The notes under the pieces were generated by a model. The model had not been told where the DNA came from, searched no databases, and worked only from the letters and a program-made list of their open reading frames with translations. Position numbers and translations under genes: made by a program. A stretch of DNA of 63,974 nt, counting the filler, from Octopus bimaculoides (Eukaryota), in NCBI RefSeq assembly GCF_001194135.2. It is 7 parts of 7 records of this genome, joined end to end, with 100 filler letters (N's around TTAATTAATTAA, not from the genome) between each part and the next. Parts side by side here need not be neighbours in the genome. Positions count along the whole stretch, not along the records: positions 1 to 14,798 come from NC_069008.1; positions 14,899 to 24,420 come from NC_069005.1; 5 more parts are not named here. One strand, written 5' to 3'. Below, piece by piece: positions 11,088 through 23,254 of this stretch. The stretch's first letter is position 1. Every line of letters starts with the position of its first letter.

Positions 11088-11345
11088 GAGATGAGGAATC
11101 TATTTCCATTATTTACATTTGACGGATATTTGTCCTCATCTTTTTTGTTGTTAACACAACGTTTTGGCTGATCTACCCTCCAGCCTTCATCAGGTGTCTT
11201 GGGGAAATTTCGAACTTGGGTTCTCATTCCTAAGGTATTTTTCAATGTTATTATTATCATTCAGGTCACTGCTTGGAATTGAACTCGGAATCTTGGGGTT
11301 AGTAGCCCACGCTCTCAACTACACCATATGCCCATGGGCATATGG
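11088..11345 (-). mobile_element. tRNA-headed SINE-like element with hammerhead-containing 3' part
   Basis: A-box-like TGGTGTAG and B box GTTCAATTCC head, short AAT linker, body identical in layout to 14101-14340, tail atgtaaataat; 22-bp palindrome at the head. Confidence 0.75.
11153..11198 (-). ncRNA. Hammerhead motif of the same family, G12-to-A substitution
   Basis: GACAC-CUGAUGA-A-GGCUG...CAGCC-AAAA-CG-UU-GUGUU; perfect 5-bp stem II. Confidence 0.6.
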
Positions 11346-11471
11346 CATAGTGGTTTACATAAGACTGTTAGGTGTGATTTCAAAGAGATTTGACTGCTAT
11401 GTTTTGCAGAAGTAATGTCGTGGTTATAAATACAAGTAACCCTATGTTTTTCCTTTTTATTAATTTTTCAG

Positions 11472-11551
11472 ATCACATCCATGAAAATGTTTCAGCTCCA
11501 GTTTCACACAGGAATGATTAACCCTGATGCTGAGAGTTTAAAATATACATT
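11472..11551 (+). CDS. GAK: GAK exon (ITSMKMFQLQFHTGMINPDAESLKYT), C2 domain
   Basis: tttttcag acceptor and gtaagt donor; matches 'MASMKMFQIQFHTGF'. Confidence 0.95.
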
Positions 11552-12607
11552 GTAAGTGGTTTTACATGTACACACACACATACATACATACACACATACA
11601 TACATACATACATACACACATATTAAAAAAAATATTTTTAAAAAAATAGTAAAATTAACCATNNNNNNNNNNGCACCTATGGCGGTGGGCAACTTTGTAT
11701 AGAGTTCTGAGGATTATGGTTCCATTACAAATCAGGCTGAAGAGAAATAGACAGTCGGTAAGATTGTTAAATTTTGAAACCGGTCCCTGTTTAATAATGA
11801 TTTTTTTCGGTGATTTTAAATGTCTTGCCCGCTTACGTTTTGGTATTCCGCTATATTTCATGTTGAGAACAATTTAGGTTTTAATAGACACAAGATGTGA
11901 TCTATTTCTAGTACATTGAATGTCCACGTTAGTGGTCAACGTTATATATAAAAATGTACATACACACATATATAGACATGGCTGTGTGGTAAGAAGTTTG
12001 CCTCCCAATCACATGGTTCCGGGTTTAGTCCCACTGCATGGCAGTCTCGGGCTGACCAAAGCCTTGTGAGTGCATTAGGTAGATGGAAACTGAAAGAAGC
12101 TTATCGTGTATATATATATATATATATATATATAAAAACAAATAGTAAANNNNNNNNNNTATATATATATAAAAACAAATAGTAAATGAGTATATGCATA
12201 TATACGTACAGGTATGTGCATACCTACATCCACCTGTATGTATAGGTGCATATCTGGGTACAGGACATTGCAAACAAAACATAGACAAGAAAATAATGAT
12301 AATCAGAGTACAGAATACACACAAGCCACAGAGAACATTTTCCTTCATCAGCTACCCCCATTTTAACACCGGCGTTTCGATGAGCTGTATATATATATAT
12401 ATATATATATATAAAAACAGTTTGATTCAAACTCCTTGGTACATTGAGTTTCAAGGAGGACGATGATCTTCAGCCATTGGAAGTTTAGCGTCCTGCTTGA
12501 AACTCAGAGTATCAAGGAGTTTGAATCAAACTGTTTTAATCCATACATGTAACTCCCAATAAATGTGTTGAGTGACCTTCTTTCGTTTGTCTACTCACTT
12601 GTGTGTG

Positions 12608-12651
<44 letters not shown>

Positions 12652-12757
12652 ATCATCATCATCGTTTAACGTCTGTTTTCCATGCTGGCATGGGTTGGGC
12701 GGTTTGACTGAGGACTCGTGAGCCAGAGGCTGCACATACAAATACATACATCTAAAG

Positions 12758-13090
12758 CAGGTGTTCAAAATCCTTTTTTTTTATCTATGGACCCCTTTGA
12801 TTACTATTTTCTTCTGGTGGATCCCTATAGCCACTCAATGTTTAAAAATCAGTTGTATTGAAACGTCTTCCAAAATTCCTATTTTGTTTGCCACACATTA
12901 ATTTGTGTAAGTTGAACTATGTCAAATGTTAGAGAAAGAAACCTTTCTGTTTCTTGCAATACTTGCCAATGCATACATCTAAAGCAAAATCTTATCAGGA
13001 GCCCTTAAAATAATACTATGGATCCCCAATTTACCATTTTGTTGCGTGTATCCCCAAAAATTTTATATGGACCCCAGTTGAGAGCCACTG
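12758..13090. mobile_element. hAT (Charlie-like) MITE remnant
   Basis: Ends caggtgttcaaa ... gttgagagccactg with repeated ggacccc subterminal motifs; TSD imperfect. Confidence 0.5.
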
Positions 13091-13281
13091 CTATAAATAA
13101 TAGCATGTACATACTGGGTTAAGAAACCCTTTGGTTTAAAATAGTCATAGGCTATCCAGGGACACAAACCCACATCTCCAGTAAACATGGTTTTTTTTTT
13201 TTTAATTTTTCTCAAATTCTTGTACTTTCACTTTTGATTTCTTTGTTTTCTTAATTCTTTCTGTCTTTCTTTACTGTCCAG

Positions 13282-13478
13282 CACTGATCTGGATCATATT
13301 GAGTCTCCGGAGAAGCTGCCAGAACTGTTCAAAGCTGTACTAGAAATCAATGTAAGCCCCAATGACAGGCCACAGACTGACCACATGCTGCCGTGGGAGA
13401 ACTTCAATGTTAAGTCAGTCAACCCCAAAATCCTGTTCTCTTCTGAGGAGGAGACGGAAAGGGTACAGTCGGAACTTG
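13282..13478 (+). CDS. GAK: GAK exon (TDLDHIESPEKLPELFKAVLEINVSPNDRPQTDHMLPWENFNVKSVNPKILFSSEEETERVQSEL), end of C2 domain
   Basis: gtccag acceptor and G|gtaagt donor; matches 'YDLD...EKYPDLF...PRDRP...PPWEN...NPKILFSSREE'. Confidence 0.94.
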
Positions 13479-13494
13479 GTAAGTTGAAGAAATG

Positions 13495-13900
13495 TCTCTG
13501 TGCTTTTATATGTTGTATGTATGTACAGGCTGGGGTGGTAAGCAGCAGAACCGGAGGCAGACCTCGGTTTGTGTGGATGGATGGAATGAGGAAAGCTTTG
13601 GTGGTTAGAGGTGTTGGAGAGAGAGAGACAAGAGAGCTTATTAATGACAGGAAAGCTTGGAGAGTGTTTGTAGACGGATGAGTGAATGTGGATGGATGAG
13701 TGACTGTGGACAGATGTTGCTCAAAGGAGTACAGAACCAGCCTGATGTGGCAGGGGTAAGCCAGCATATGCTGTCGAGCCCCACTGCTAATATCAGGGGT
13801 TGCATTCTTTGCCTTGACCCAAGCATAGAACGGGGCTTGCCTCTTTGAGCTGGGAAATGAATGGAATGCCTGGTGTGTGTGTCTTGTTGTGGCCACCCCC
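13495..13900 (+). mobile_element. RTE-type LINE 3' end and UTR
   Basis: GGRPRFVWMDGMRKAL...RELINDRKAWRVFV is an RTE-like ORF C-terminus. Confidence 0.6.
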
Positions 13901-13959
13901 TCCTAAAAAAAAATGAGGAATACATTTGACGGATATTTGTACTCATCTTGTTTGTTGTT

Positions 13960-14005
13960 AACACGACATTTCGGCTGATATACCCTCCAACCTTCATCAG
14001 GTGTC
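13960..14005 (-). ncRNA. Minimal type I hammerhead ribozyme motif, intact core
   Basis: GACAC-CUGAUGA-A-GGUUG(GAGGGUAUAU)CAGCC-GAAA-UG-UC^-GUGUU: stems I and II pair; 2-nt stem III; GUC triplet. Confidence 0.75.
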
Positions 14006-14052
14006 TTGGGGAAATTTCGAACCTGGGTTCTCATTCCTAAGGTATTTTTCGA

Positions 14053-14102
<50 letters not shown>

Positions 14103-14241
14103 GGTGTAGTGGTTAAGAGTGCGGGCTACTAACCCCAAGAGTTCGATTCCAGGCAATGACCTGAATAATGATAATAATAATAATAATAATAATATCAAAA
14201 AATACCTTAGGAATGAGAATCCATGTTCGAAATTTCCCCAA

Positions 14242-14287
14242 GACACCTGATGAAGGTTGGAGGGTATATCAGCCAAAACGTTGTGTT
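14242..14287 (+). ncRNA. Hammerhead motif of the same family, G12-to-A substitution
   Basis: GACAC-CUGAUGA-A-GGUUG...CAGCC-AAAA-CG-UU-GUGUU. Confidence 0.6.
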
Positions 14288-14424
14288 AACAAACAAGATG
14301 AGGACAAATATCCGTCAAATGTAAATAATGTAAATAATTTCTTTTGTTGTTCAGTACACACACACACACACACACATATATACTGTATATAAAATCTCTA
14401 ATCCTGTTTATGTTTCCGTTGCAG

Positions 14425-14798
14425 AGTCAGCGGAGAAGGCCAGTTTGAACTCCCATCAAGGCTCTTCAGAGCACATTAACGACAGCCCGAGCAGGTCTTC
14501 AGGCAAGGAGTCACCTTACATGAGTCCACAGCTGAGGCAGAAGAAAATGTCGGCAGCAAACAATTCTGGGAAGGCAGTTGGCAAGAGCCAGTTCTTTGAC
14601 AGCCTGAGCTGGCAGCAGGGAGATGGCCAAGGGAGACAGGGTGCGCCGGGTGTTGGCGGTGGGGCTGCCGTTGGTGCCACAGCTGGCCCTGCCAGGCCTC
14701 CGGGTGAGTCGGCCGAGAGTCTGCTGGAAGATATTGAGAGTACAGAGGACGATGAGGATGATTTTGCTTCCCTCTCGCACCACGGTCGCGCTCGACCG
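14425..14798 (+). CDS. GAK: GAK exon, start of disordered/clathrin-binding region (ESAEKASLNSHQ...QFFDSLSWQQ...EDDFASLSHHGRARP); truncated by assembly join
   Basis: ttgcag acceptor in the correct phase; open to the N run; FFDSLSWQ resembles GAK 'FLHTLDWQ'. An internal CGG|gtgagt at about 14704 is a possible earlier donor. Confidence 0.8.
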
Positions 14799-14898
14799 NN
14801 NNNNNNNNNNNNNNNNNNNNNNNNNNNNNNNNNNNNNNNNNNTTAATTAATTAANNNNNNNNNNNNNNNNNNNNNNNNNNNNNNNNNNNNNNNNNNNN
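14799..14898. other. Artificial scaffold join N44-TTAATTAATTAA-N44
   Basis: Exactly 100 bp; 12-mer has stops in all six frames. Confidence 0.95.
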
Positions 14899-14923
14899 TA
14901 CACAGACACATACATATATATAC

Positions 14924-14955
<32 letters not shown>

Positions 14956-15157
14956 ACAATATATATATGATGTATGTGTGTATATATATATATATTTTTT
15001 TACACAATATATATATGATGTATGTGTGTATATATATATATATTTTTTTTTTACACAATATATATATATATATATATTTACACAATATATATAATGAATG
15101 TATGTGTGTGTATAGATATATTTACACAATATATATATGAATGTATGTGTGTGTGTG

Positions 15158-15196
<39 letters not shown>

Positions 15197-16779
15197 GTAC
15201 AGGTAAGTAAGGTAAGAAATTTGTTTCCCAACCACATGATACCACTGCATGGGTATCATGCAGTGGTATCATGGGTGTCTTCTACTATAGTCTCGGGCTA
15301 TAATTTGGTACACAGAAACCGAAAGAAGAAACGGTCGTGTATGCCCCCATACCACTGGACAACCGGTGTTGGTGTGTTTGCATTCCCGTAACTTAGCGGT
15401 TAAACAAGAGATCGATAAAAATGTGCTTATTATAGCAGTTTGACTTCTGGAGTCCCTCTTAGTGTGAGGCGTCATTGTATAGTAATGCCCTTATATAAAT
15501 TATATATATATATACAGATGTGTGTGTTTTATCTTTTATCTAGGATTACTAGTGCAAGCGAACATAATGAAACCTTTTAGAGCAAGGTACACAATTGATA
15601 CAGAATGTGAATGGTTTATTATTATAGAACGACAATGCAAACATAATGCATTTTCTTTCAATTAAAGAATGCACCAAGGACTAGAGTCCTATGTTAATGG
15701 CAGGTCTATTATACCTTTTAGTAGTGTAAAATATATTAATAATAAAACTAATAATAATTTCTAAAAAATTAAGAACAAAATATGAAAAAGATAATGATAA
15801 ATTATGGTAATATTGTTGGTAGTGATGATGACGAAAGCTGAGAATATGAGCAAGAATAAAATAAGATATGAAAATAAAATATAAAGGAATTAGAAATTGA
15901 AATAAAAAGGTGAGACAAGGGATGGTAATAGTAAGATATTTGAGTAGACAGGTAAATAGAAAGGTAGGCAATGGTGATAAAACTTAGTGGTGAAAGACAA
16001 GGGCTAATAACTCGGGGACAGACTGGCATGTAAAACCATGGAGACCAAACTCACAAACATACACAAAAACACACAACTGATAATTTTGCATCTGCATTAT
16101 ATTTCAGTGAAAATACAGTGAGTTTACCCTTAACTTTGTGAAAGTCTGAAACTGTTTTTTTAACATCATACTCTTCACAAAATGTGTGCGCGTGTGTGAA
16201 ATTAGATAAATGCCAAGGGGACGTGAATTACGGAACCAACTTCATAAGCTTACAGCTGTTTCTGCTACAAGGTCTAATACACTCAATTGAATGCATGCGC
16301 GTCATTTTATAGCTTCTACGATGAAATGCAAGTTTATTTGGGAAAGCATTTACATACATGGAAAAGATCACCCCCGAAAATATAGAAATATGGTAGGTAG
16401 TACACAAGTATCTGATAGCAGAAACAGCAGAAAGTCAATAAGGCTGACTATAAAATAATTCATATTCCTTTGTCTATTAATCTAATCATGGTATGTACTC
16501 GCCTAATGCTTTATTCTGAAAGACATGTTTACTGAGTTCTTAAACCAAGTTATTAGCATTGCTTTGCCTAAGCAAAACCTTAATACACACACACACACAC
16601 GCATATATATAAGGAAATTTTCTATGGCCCCATGTCCTTCCTGCTACCAACCCACACCTGTTTCCAAGCAAGGACACACACATACACACAACCACGTGTA
16701 ATTGTATGGTTAAGCAACTTGCTTCCGAACTACATGTCTTTGGATCCAATTCCAGTGTATGATGGTGTTGGCACTCCGT

Positions 16780-17135
16780 TGCTTACGACGTCGAGGGTTC
16801 CAGTTGATGCGATCAACGGAACAGCCTGCTCGTGAAATTAACGTGCAAGTGGCTGAGCACTCCACAGACACGTGTACACTTAACGTAGTTCTCGGGGATA
16901 TTCAGCGTGACACAGTGTGACAAGGCTGACCCTTTGAATTACAGGCACAACAGAAACAGGAAGTAAGAGTGAGAGAAAGTTGTGGTGAAGGAGTACAGCA
17001 GGGTTCGCCACTATCCCCTGCCAGAGCCTCGTGGAGCTTTTAGGTGTTTTCGCTCAATAAACACTCACAACGCCCAGTCTGGGAATTGAAACCGCAATCC
17101 TATGACCGCGAGTCCGCTGCCCTAACCACTCCACT
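16780..17135 (-). mobile_element. tRNA-derived SINE family D
   Basis: Head (reverse complement) gtggttagggcagcggactcgcggtcataggattgcggtttcaattcc; body shared with 56195-56430. Confidence 0.75.
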
Positions 17136-19089
17136 GTATGATGACACTTATGGTAAATGTCTTCAACTAGAGCACTGGGCCAACCAAAGCCTTCTGAGTG
17201 GATCTGGTAAACAGAAACCGAAAAAAAAAAAAAACCAACGCATGTGTGCGCGCACGCATACGTTACTATCTCTGCAATAGTTGTAAATGAACATCACTGT
17301 TGCAGAAGATGTGTCAGTTTTTTTTCCCATATTCTTTGAAAACGCCTGGGTTGGCGACAGGAAGGGCATCCGGCTGTAGAAAGTGTGGCTGAAGATCCTA
17401 TCTGACCCGCGCAAGCATGAAAAGGCAGACGTTACACTGAAGATGCTGTAGGCACACACACACACACACAGATAGGCATACTTACAAAAATGTGACACCT
17501 GCCCCACTGATTTTGCTCATTACTTTTAAAAAATTGTACGGTTTAATGAAATTTTCTACAAATACAGATATAGGAGTGGCTGTGTAGTAAGAAGCTTGCT
17601 TAGCAACCACATGGCTCCGGGTTCAGTCCCACTGCGTGGCACCTTGTGAGTGGATTGGATTTGGTAGACAAAAACCGAAGGCCCGTCATATGTGTGTGTA
17701 TATGAGGGTGTATATGCCACCGTTTGATACCCAGTTGGTTTGTGTATGTTCTCATAAACTAGCGGTTCGGCAAATGGTCTGATAGAATAAGTGCCAGGCT
17801 TTAAAAAAAGTACTACGGTCGATTCGTTCGACTAAACACCAATCAAGGCGGTGTCCCAGCATGACTTCAGTCTAATGACTGAAACAGGGAGGAAATATTT
17901 AAGAAATACCTTTCAGACGGTGGAGAGTATGATGATATCGGGATTTTAATGTGAAAAAAGAATTGGTGGGCAAGAAACGCGAAAAAGGGAAGCTCTGTCC
18001 ACCTGATTCTGGGGATAGGTCCGAGAAGTGAGTCTAAAATAAGCAAGCATTAGTATTAATGGTGGAGCCCCAGCTTCGCCGCAGTCCCTGGCTGAAACCG
18101 GTAATAGAATAATAGAATATGTGTGAGTGTATATATATATATATATATATGTGAACACAGATACACATTCAATGAAAGGGATATGACAGTATATAAAACT
18201 TGCCCGCACCCATTCTGAACAAACACACGTATGAATGACTATATGGAATATAGAACGGGAAATATATGAATTGGCCCTTCCTTCAATATATTTAATGTAA
18301 TTCAGGTGAGATTTTTTTAATGGCATTTTCAAACATACAAAGGAAAATGACGATGTATTCGCGTAAGGAGAGAAGATAGTGTAAATTATAGGAGAGCGGG
18401 GAGAGAGAAAGAGAGAGATCATTATTACTGTCTCATCTCTAGGTCTGATCGCCCCGACTTGGGATCAAAACCCTTTCAGTGAATTGTCAAAAACTTACAC
18501 TAACCGATATACTCTCTTTTACTTGTTTCAGTCATTTGACTGCAGCCATGCTAAAGCACTGCCTTTAGTCGAGCAAATCGACCCCAGGACTTATTCTTTG
18601 TTAGCCTAGTACTTATTCTATCGGTCTCTTTTGCAGAACCGCTAAGTTACGGGGACGTAAGCACACCACTATCGGTTGTCAAGCGATGTTAGGGGGACAA
18701 ATATACACACACATGATGATACATATATATATATATATANNNNNNNNNNNNNNNNNNNNNNNNNNNNNNNNNNNNNNNNNNNNNNNNNNNNNNNNNNNNN
18801 NNNNNNNNNNNNNNNNNNNNNNNNNNNNNNNNNNNNNNNNNNNNNNNNNNNNNNNNNNNNNNNNNNNNNNNNNNNNNNNNNNNNNNNNNNNNNNNNNNNN
18901 NNNNNNNNNNNNNNNNNNNNNNNNNNNNNNNNNNNNNNNNNNNNNNNNNNNNNNNNNNNNNNNNNNNNNNNNNNNNNNNNNNNNNNNNNNNNNNNNNNNN
19001 NNNNNNNNNNNNNNNNNNNNNNNNNNNNNNNNNNNNNNNNNNNNNNNNNNNNNNNNNNNNNNNNNNNNNNNNNNNNNNNNNNNNNNNNN

Positions 19090-19140
<51 letters not shown>

Positions 19141-20227
19141 ACGCGAAGTTACGTGTATGTGTAGCCCTTAGGAAATATGAGGATCAAACACATTCGATAG
19201 AAGAATTCGATCTTTTTATAACAAGTACAAGTAAATAAAAACCAGCTGGTCTGAAATCAAGGATTACGATGCACCACACACACATACACACACACACACA
19301 CCGTCATTATAACTACAAAGCGTGAGGGTATTCTCAAGTTCTAGAAACATGTTTTTGCAGCAGATTTTTTTATTCCGGTTATACCCTTCTCACTTAAGTT
19401 TTCCTTAATCTATCTATCCACCTGATTGTTTGTCTAGCTGTGCACCTATTTATTTACAAATTTAGGACCCATCCATACATTTACCCATCTGTCAGATTAT
19501 CTATTCGTCTATTTGTTTATCTTCCTGTATGTGTGTGTTTAATCAATCGATCTATTTAGCAGAGTAATTTTTTTTTCCTTTTATCTGTATACCTCCGTTC
19601 ATTCCTGTTTACTTCTGCATATCAGTTTATTTACCTATCGATCTGTGTGTTCGCCTATCTATTCCTGTTTGTTTATCTATCTACCCGTATTTGTATAACT
19701 AATAGACCAAATCTTAACTGGTTTTTATTGAGTTACATTTCATATGTACTCCAATAAAATAGTCATCAATTTATCAATGTTATAAAATGAAACCCGTAAT
19801 ACATGTAAACGCGCGCACACACACATCCCCCGCAATTCCCAACTAACTTACGTCACAATACCTACACACACACATACACATGCACCACACTAAGCGCACA
19901 CACCTAGACCATTCTTCCGCATAAACACTAACTGAAAATAACTCACATTTACACACACATCCCTCCTAACATAAAACTGCTTTTTTCAACTGGTTTCTAA
20001 AAGTTGATGTAATGCCTGCACCTTTCTCCCGTTGGGAAGTTTTTCTGAATTTTTTTTAATTTATAAATTTTATAGTATATATTTCTTTCTTTTTATATAC
20101 GCCTTATTTCTCTCTCCCTCTCTCTTCATATACTTCTCTTTTTTTCTTTCTGAAAAAAGACTAATATCTGAAACGTTAAGATACTATATACTAATTTCAA
20201 TGTCTCAAGCATTAAAGTAATACCATA

Positions 20228-20620
20228 CTCTTTTACTTGTTTCAGTCATTTGACTGCGGCCATGCTGGAGCACCACCTTTAGTCGAGCAAATCGACCCCA
20301 GGACTTATTCTTTGGAAACCTAGTATTTATTCTGTCGGTCTCTTTTGCCAAACCGCTAATTTACGGGGATGTAAACACACCAGCATCGGTTGTCAAACGA
20401 TGTTAGGGGGACAAACATAGACATAGAAACATACACATACCTATATATATATATATACATATATATGACAGGCTTCTTTCAGTTTCTGTCTACCAAATCC
20501 ACTCACAAGGCTTTGGTTGGCCCAAGGCTATAGTAGAAGACACTTGCCCAAGGTGCCACGCAGTGGGACTGAACCCGGAACCATGTGGTTGGTAAGCAAG
20601 CTACTTACCACACAGCCAAA
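20228..20620 (-). mobile_element. Full-length SINE family B
   Basis: Head, internal (TA)n and tail aaatgactgaaacaagtaaaagag all present. Confidence 0.9.
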
Positions 20621-20647
20621 ACTTTTTTTTTTTCATTCAATGACCTT

Positions 20648-20862
20648 AAGGTGGTGAGCTGGCAGAAACGTTAGGACGCCAGGCGAAATGCTTAGCAGTA
20701 TTTGTTTGTCTTTACATTCTGAGTTCAAATTCCACCGAGGTCGACTTTGCCTTTCATCCTTTCGGAGTCAATAAACTAAGTACCAGTTGCATACTGAGGT
20801 CGATCTAATCGACTGGCCCCTCCCCCAAAATTTCAGGCCTTGTGCCTAGAGTAAGAAAGAAT
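20648..20862 (+). mobile_element. SINE family A
   Basis: Full-length match including tail gtgcctagagtaagaaag. Confidence 0.85.
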
Positions 20863-21242
20863 ATTTAATGACCTTACATAACATTCTTTTATTCTTTTAC
20901 TTGTTTCAGTCATTTGACTGCGGTCATGCTGGAGTAGTCTTGAGGGGTCTTAGCCAAACAAATCAACCCCAGGACTTATTTTTATGACCTCATACTTATT
21001 CTATCAGTCTCTTTTGCTGAACCGCTAAGTTACAGGGACGTAAACACACTAACACTGGTTGTCAAGTGGTGATGGGAGAACAAAGAGAAACACAGACACA
21101 CACATATACATACATATATATATATATTTATATATATATATATATATATATGGGAGAATGTACGAAAAAACAACAACAGACAAGGACAGGTGGTGTAAAC
21201 AACAAAAGGATGTAGCAGTTTGACGCTCGGGAATACAGAAAG

Positions 21243-21279
21243 TCTTTAACGTTTCGAGCTACGTTCTTCAACAGAAAGA
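21243..21279 (-). ncRNA. Hammerhead-like motif with variant core (CUGUUGA), same family as 37983
   Basis: UCUUU-CUGUUGA-A-GAAC(GUA)GCUC-GAAA-CG-UU-AAAGA; perfect 5-bp stem I. Confidence 0.45.
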
Positions 21280-22179
21280 ATACAGAGACGAGGAGAAAAA
21301 CACGAAGAAAAAAAATTGAATAGTGTTTGGTCAACGGTCAATCATAGGGTGGATTTGGTAAATGGAAACTGAAAGAAGCCCATCGTATATATATATATAT
21401 TATCTATCTTTCTATCTATTTATCTATCTGTCTTCCTCCATCTTTCTATCTATACCTCTGTCCTGGCCTCTACTTCACTGCTATACCCTTCTGTNNNNNN
21501 NNNNNNNNNNNNNNNNNNNNNNNNNNNNNNNNNNNNNNNNNNNNNNNNNNNNNNNNNNNNNNNNNNNNNNNNNNNNNNNNNNNNNNNNNNNNNNNNNNNN
21601 NNNNNNNNNNNNNNNNNNNNNNNNNNNNNNNNNNNNNNNNNNNNNNNNNNNNNNNNNNNNNNNNNNNNNNNNNNNNNNNNNNNNNNNNNNNNNNNNNNNN
21701 NNNNNNNNNNNNNNNNNNNNNNNNNNNNNNNNNNNNNNNNNNNNNNNNNNNNNNNNNNNNNNNNNNNNNNNNNNNNNNNNNNNNNNNNNNNNNNNNNNNN
21801 NNNNNNNNNNNNNNNNNNNNNNNNNNNNNNNNNNNNNNNNNNNNNNNNNNNNNNNNNNNNNNNNNNNNNNNNNNNNNNNNNNNNNNNNNNNNNNNNNNNN
21901 NNNNNNNNNNNNNNNNNNNNNNNNNNNNNNNNNNNNNNNNNNNNNNNNNNNNNNNNNNNNNNNNNTTCGAAACGTCTAGATAGAATAGAGACAGCTGATG
22001 AAGGGATATTCCAAGGGGCTTTCCGTTTTCCTATGTGTTCGTTCCGTTGTCTGTAGTTTATTGTTCTAACGTCCTGTACCCTGATATGCATGTATATACA
22101 CATGTAGATGTAAGTATGTACATATATGTGTGTATACATGTATATATATTCTTTGTATTATTATATATATATATATATA

Positions 22180-22720
22180 CGATGGGCTTCTTTCAGTTTC
22201 CATTTACCAAATCCACCCACAAGGCTTTAGTCGGCTCGAGGCTATAGTAGAAGATACTTGCCGAAGGGGTCACGCAGTGGGATTGAACCTGGAACCATGT
22301 GGTTGGTAAGGCATGACTGAGTGGTAAGAAGCTTACTTCCCAACCATACAGATCCAGGTTCTGTCCCACTGCATGACACCTTGAGTTAGTATCTTCTACT
22401 ATAGCTTCGGGCCAACCAAAGCCTTGTGAGTGGATTTGGTAGAAGGAAACTGAAAGAAGCTCATCATATATATATATATATATATCTATGTGTGTGTATG
22501 TTGGTGTCTGTGTCCCCCAACACTGCTTGACAACCAGTGGTTGGTGTGTTTACATCTCCATAACTTAGCGGTTTGGCAAAACTGACTGATAGAGTAAGTA
22601 TGAGGCTTTAAAAAAAAAAAGTTCTTGGGTCAATTTGTTCGACTAAAACCATTCAAGGCAGTGCCCCAGCATGGTCGCAGTCAAGTGACTGAAACAAGTA
22701 AAATGATAAAAAGTAAAAAA
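22180..22720. mobile_element. Head-to-head pair of SINE family B copies
   Basis: - copy about 22180-22310, + copy about 22310-22720. Confidence 0.8.
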
Positions 22721-22958
22721 AAAAATACTATATATCTACATGTATATAAGTGTCTGTACAGATATGTGGGTGTTTGTTTTTATGTTTAGTTATAATAAAA
22801 GCAATTTTACATTAATTTCAGGGGTTATTCTGTACTTTTGTAGAGTATAAATTTATTATTCTTAAACAAGTTTATACTGCTGATAATGACTTTGAAGTTT
22901 CGGCCAGTTAAGCCATTGTTGGACTGCAATCTGATAATAGCTTAACTGCCTGAAGCTA

Positions 22959-23186
22959 TTGGGTTGTCCGGAAAGTCCGTGCCGATTTTTAAAGGGAAGC
23001 AAAAAGTCAATAAATACTTGCCATTACATTTTTAATCAACCAAATATGAACCGTTTTGTTGCACAATGCGTCTCCATCTTTACTTTAACTTGAAAATACC
23101 CTCTTCTCAGAATTGAGGTGGTCCCATGGCAAATAAGTCGAAAGGTAAGCTACTATAAATCGGCACAAACTTTCCGGACAACCCAA
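22959..23186. mobile_element. Internally deleted mariner element (MITE)
   Basis: About 30-bp TIRs ttgggttgtccggaaagt..gtgccgattt, TA on both sides; interior (- strand) GIFKLK*RWRRIVQQNGSYLVD = mariner transposase C-terminus. Confidence 0.9.
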
Positions 23187-23254
23187 TATATGTTTATTCT
23201 TAAACACACACACACACTCACACACATATTGTGAAGGTATATGGCTCAGTGGCT

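Larger units (their letters stand above)
13911..14340. mobile_element. Inverted pair of the same element: truncated - copy (13911 to about 14095) abutting full + copy (14101-14340)
   Basis: Arms are reverse complements; + copy has A box TGGTGTAGTGG (14102-14112) and B box GTTCGATTCC (14141-14150) and a (TGTAAATAA)2 tail. Confidence 0.8.

Noticed and set aside
13479-13681. Read-through of the 13282 exon as an alternative GAK C-terminus (98-aa ORF)
   Set aside because: The extension is an RTE LINE ORF end; a canonical donor at 13479 and a phase-matched next exon exist.
14101-14165. tRNA gene (also SINE heads elsewhere)
   Set aside because: A and B boxes are present but there is no complete cloverleaf or acceptor stem; these are SINE heads.
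14843-14854. TTAATTAATTAA repeated six times, each between N runs, as a possible conserved motif
   Set aside because: Always centred in exactly 44 N + 12 + 44 N; an artificial six-frame-stop spacer.
21967-22030. GAAACGTC...CTGATGAAGGG (related strings at about 26115-26150 and 48365-48390)
   Set aside because: Core halves are in permuted order and no stem I pairing could be built; likely a decayed repeat.
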